Shown here one piece after another: positions 63,750-64,000 of a DNA stretch of 64,000 nucleotides. The DNA is from Sphingomonadales bacterium (GTDB lineage: Bacteria; Bacteroidota; Bacteroidia; UBA7662): assembly GCA_016872215.1 (NCBI GenBank), contig VHAX01000010.1:2158-66157 (forward strand), read 5' to 3'. The translations under genes were made by a program, and so were the position numbers. A model generated the notes under the pieces. That model was not told the origin of the DNA. It saw nothing but the letters and a program-made list of their open reading frames with translations, and made no database searches. Position 1 is the first letter of the stretch; each line of letters opens with the position of its first letter.

Positions 63750-64000
63750 ATGAGTAAGATTTTAACCCCAGAACAAACCGCCATTACTGAACAGTTTCAA
63801 GCACATATTGACGCTGAAATTCGCGGTGACCTAGACACGACTCTGTCGACAATGACATCAAGTCCACATTTAAATAATATACCAACAATGATTGGAGGTA
63901 TAGGAAAAGAAGGAGTAAAAAACTTCTATGCAAGTTTAATTCCTTTTGGTAAATTTTTTCCGCCTGATCTTGAAATGGTTCCTATTTCTCAAACAATTGA
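63750..64000 (+). CDS. SnoaL-like/ester-cyclase (NTF2 superfamily) protein, 3-prime partial at window end
   Basis: MSKILTPEQTAITEQFQAHIDAEIRGDLDTTLSTMTSSPHL matches the N-terminal pattern of the SnoaL_2 family. The frame is open to the window end. The DNA is AT-rich. Confidence 0.4.
   Translation, partial: MSKILTPEQTAITEQFQAHIDAEIRGDLDTTLSTMTSSPHLNNIPTMIGGIGKEGVKNFYASLIPFGKFFPPDLEMVPISQTI

Overview
This 64 kb window looks like a core-genome stretch of a Bacteroidota chromosome, about 53-55% GC. The taxonomic call rests on three things: several T9SS C-terminal sorting domains, TAnnTTTG -7 promoter boxes, and a short 289-aa primary sigma factor of the Bacteroidetes type. It is densely packed with housekeeping genes on both strands. 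In order: tig-clpP-clpX, tRNA-Leu, an RSH (p)ppGpp synthetase/hydrolase, purA, a pabB-like chorismate-utilizing enzyme, rplI-rpsR-rpsF divergent from dnaX, clpB, prfC, rpoD, pnp, rpsO, accD, class I aldolase, comEC, a complete sufBCDSE-sufT operon, and fabH. These are followed by a pterin cluster (PTPS, folE, SDR) co-operonic with a photolyase, phoA, NUDIX, yceI, ribE, sdhCAB, groESL, secG, an lptE-like gene, a sigma54 activator, miaB, fadD, and a tRNA-Arg/Ser/Pro cluster. I found no transposase, integrase, CRISPR array or recognizable defense system, and no compelling novel multi-gene system.

The most unusual signals are non-coding. (1) Seven tandem 26-bp repeats sit immediately upstream of fadD, each carrying a perfect TAgtTTTG -7 box at -33-like spacing, which amounts to an iterated promoter. 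(2) An 82-bp tandem triplication is followed by about 1.2 kb of apparently non-coding DNA between convergent genes. (3) AAACTGAC / TGACA-N3-TGTCA motifs are shared upstream of the groES and clpB heat-shock genes, where no good CIRCE is present. (4) An extended motif AAGGGYGCAAAGATAA (TTATCTTTGCRCCCTT on the minus strand) recurs upstream of the tRNA-Leu, rpsF and rpsO genes, with a shorter version upstream of miaB.

Coding oddities include a degenerate HNH_3-AP2 protein in an AT-rich islet, a PTPS with a eukaryote-type Cx5HGH motif, a T9SS cargo with an N-terminal CPPC motif, a PNPase with an RD/RG-rich tail, and a 96-bp intragenic duplication. All functional calls are from motif-level reading of the translations without database searches.
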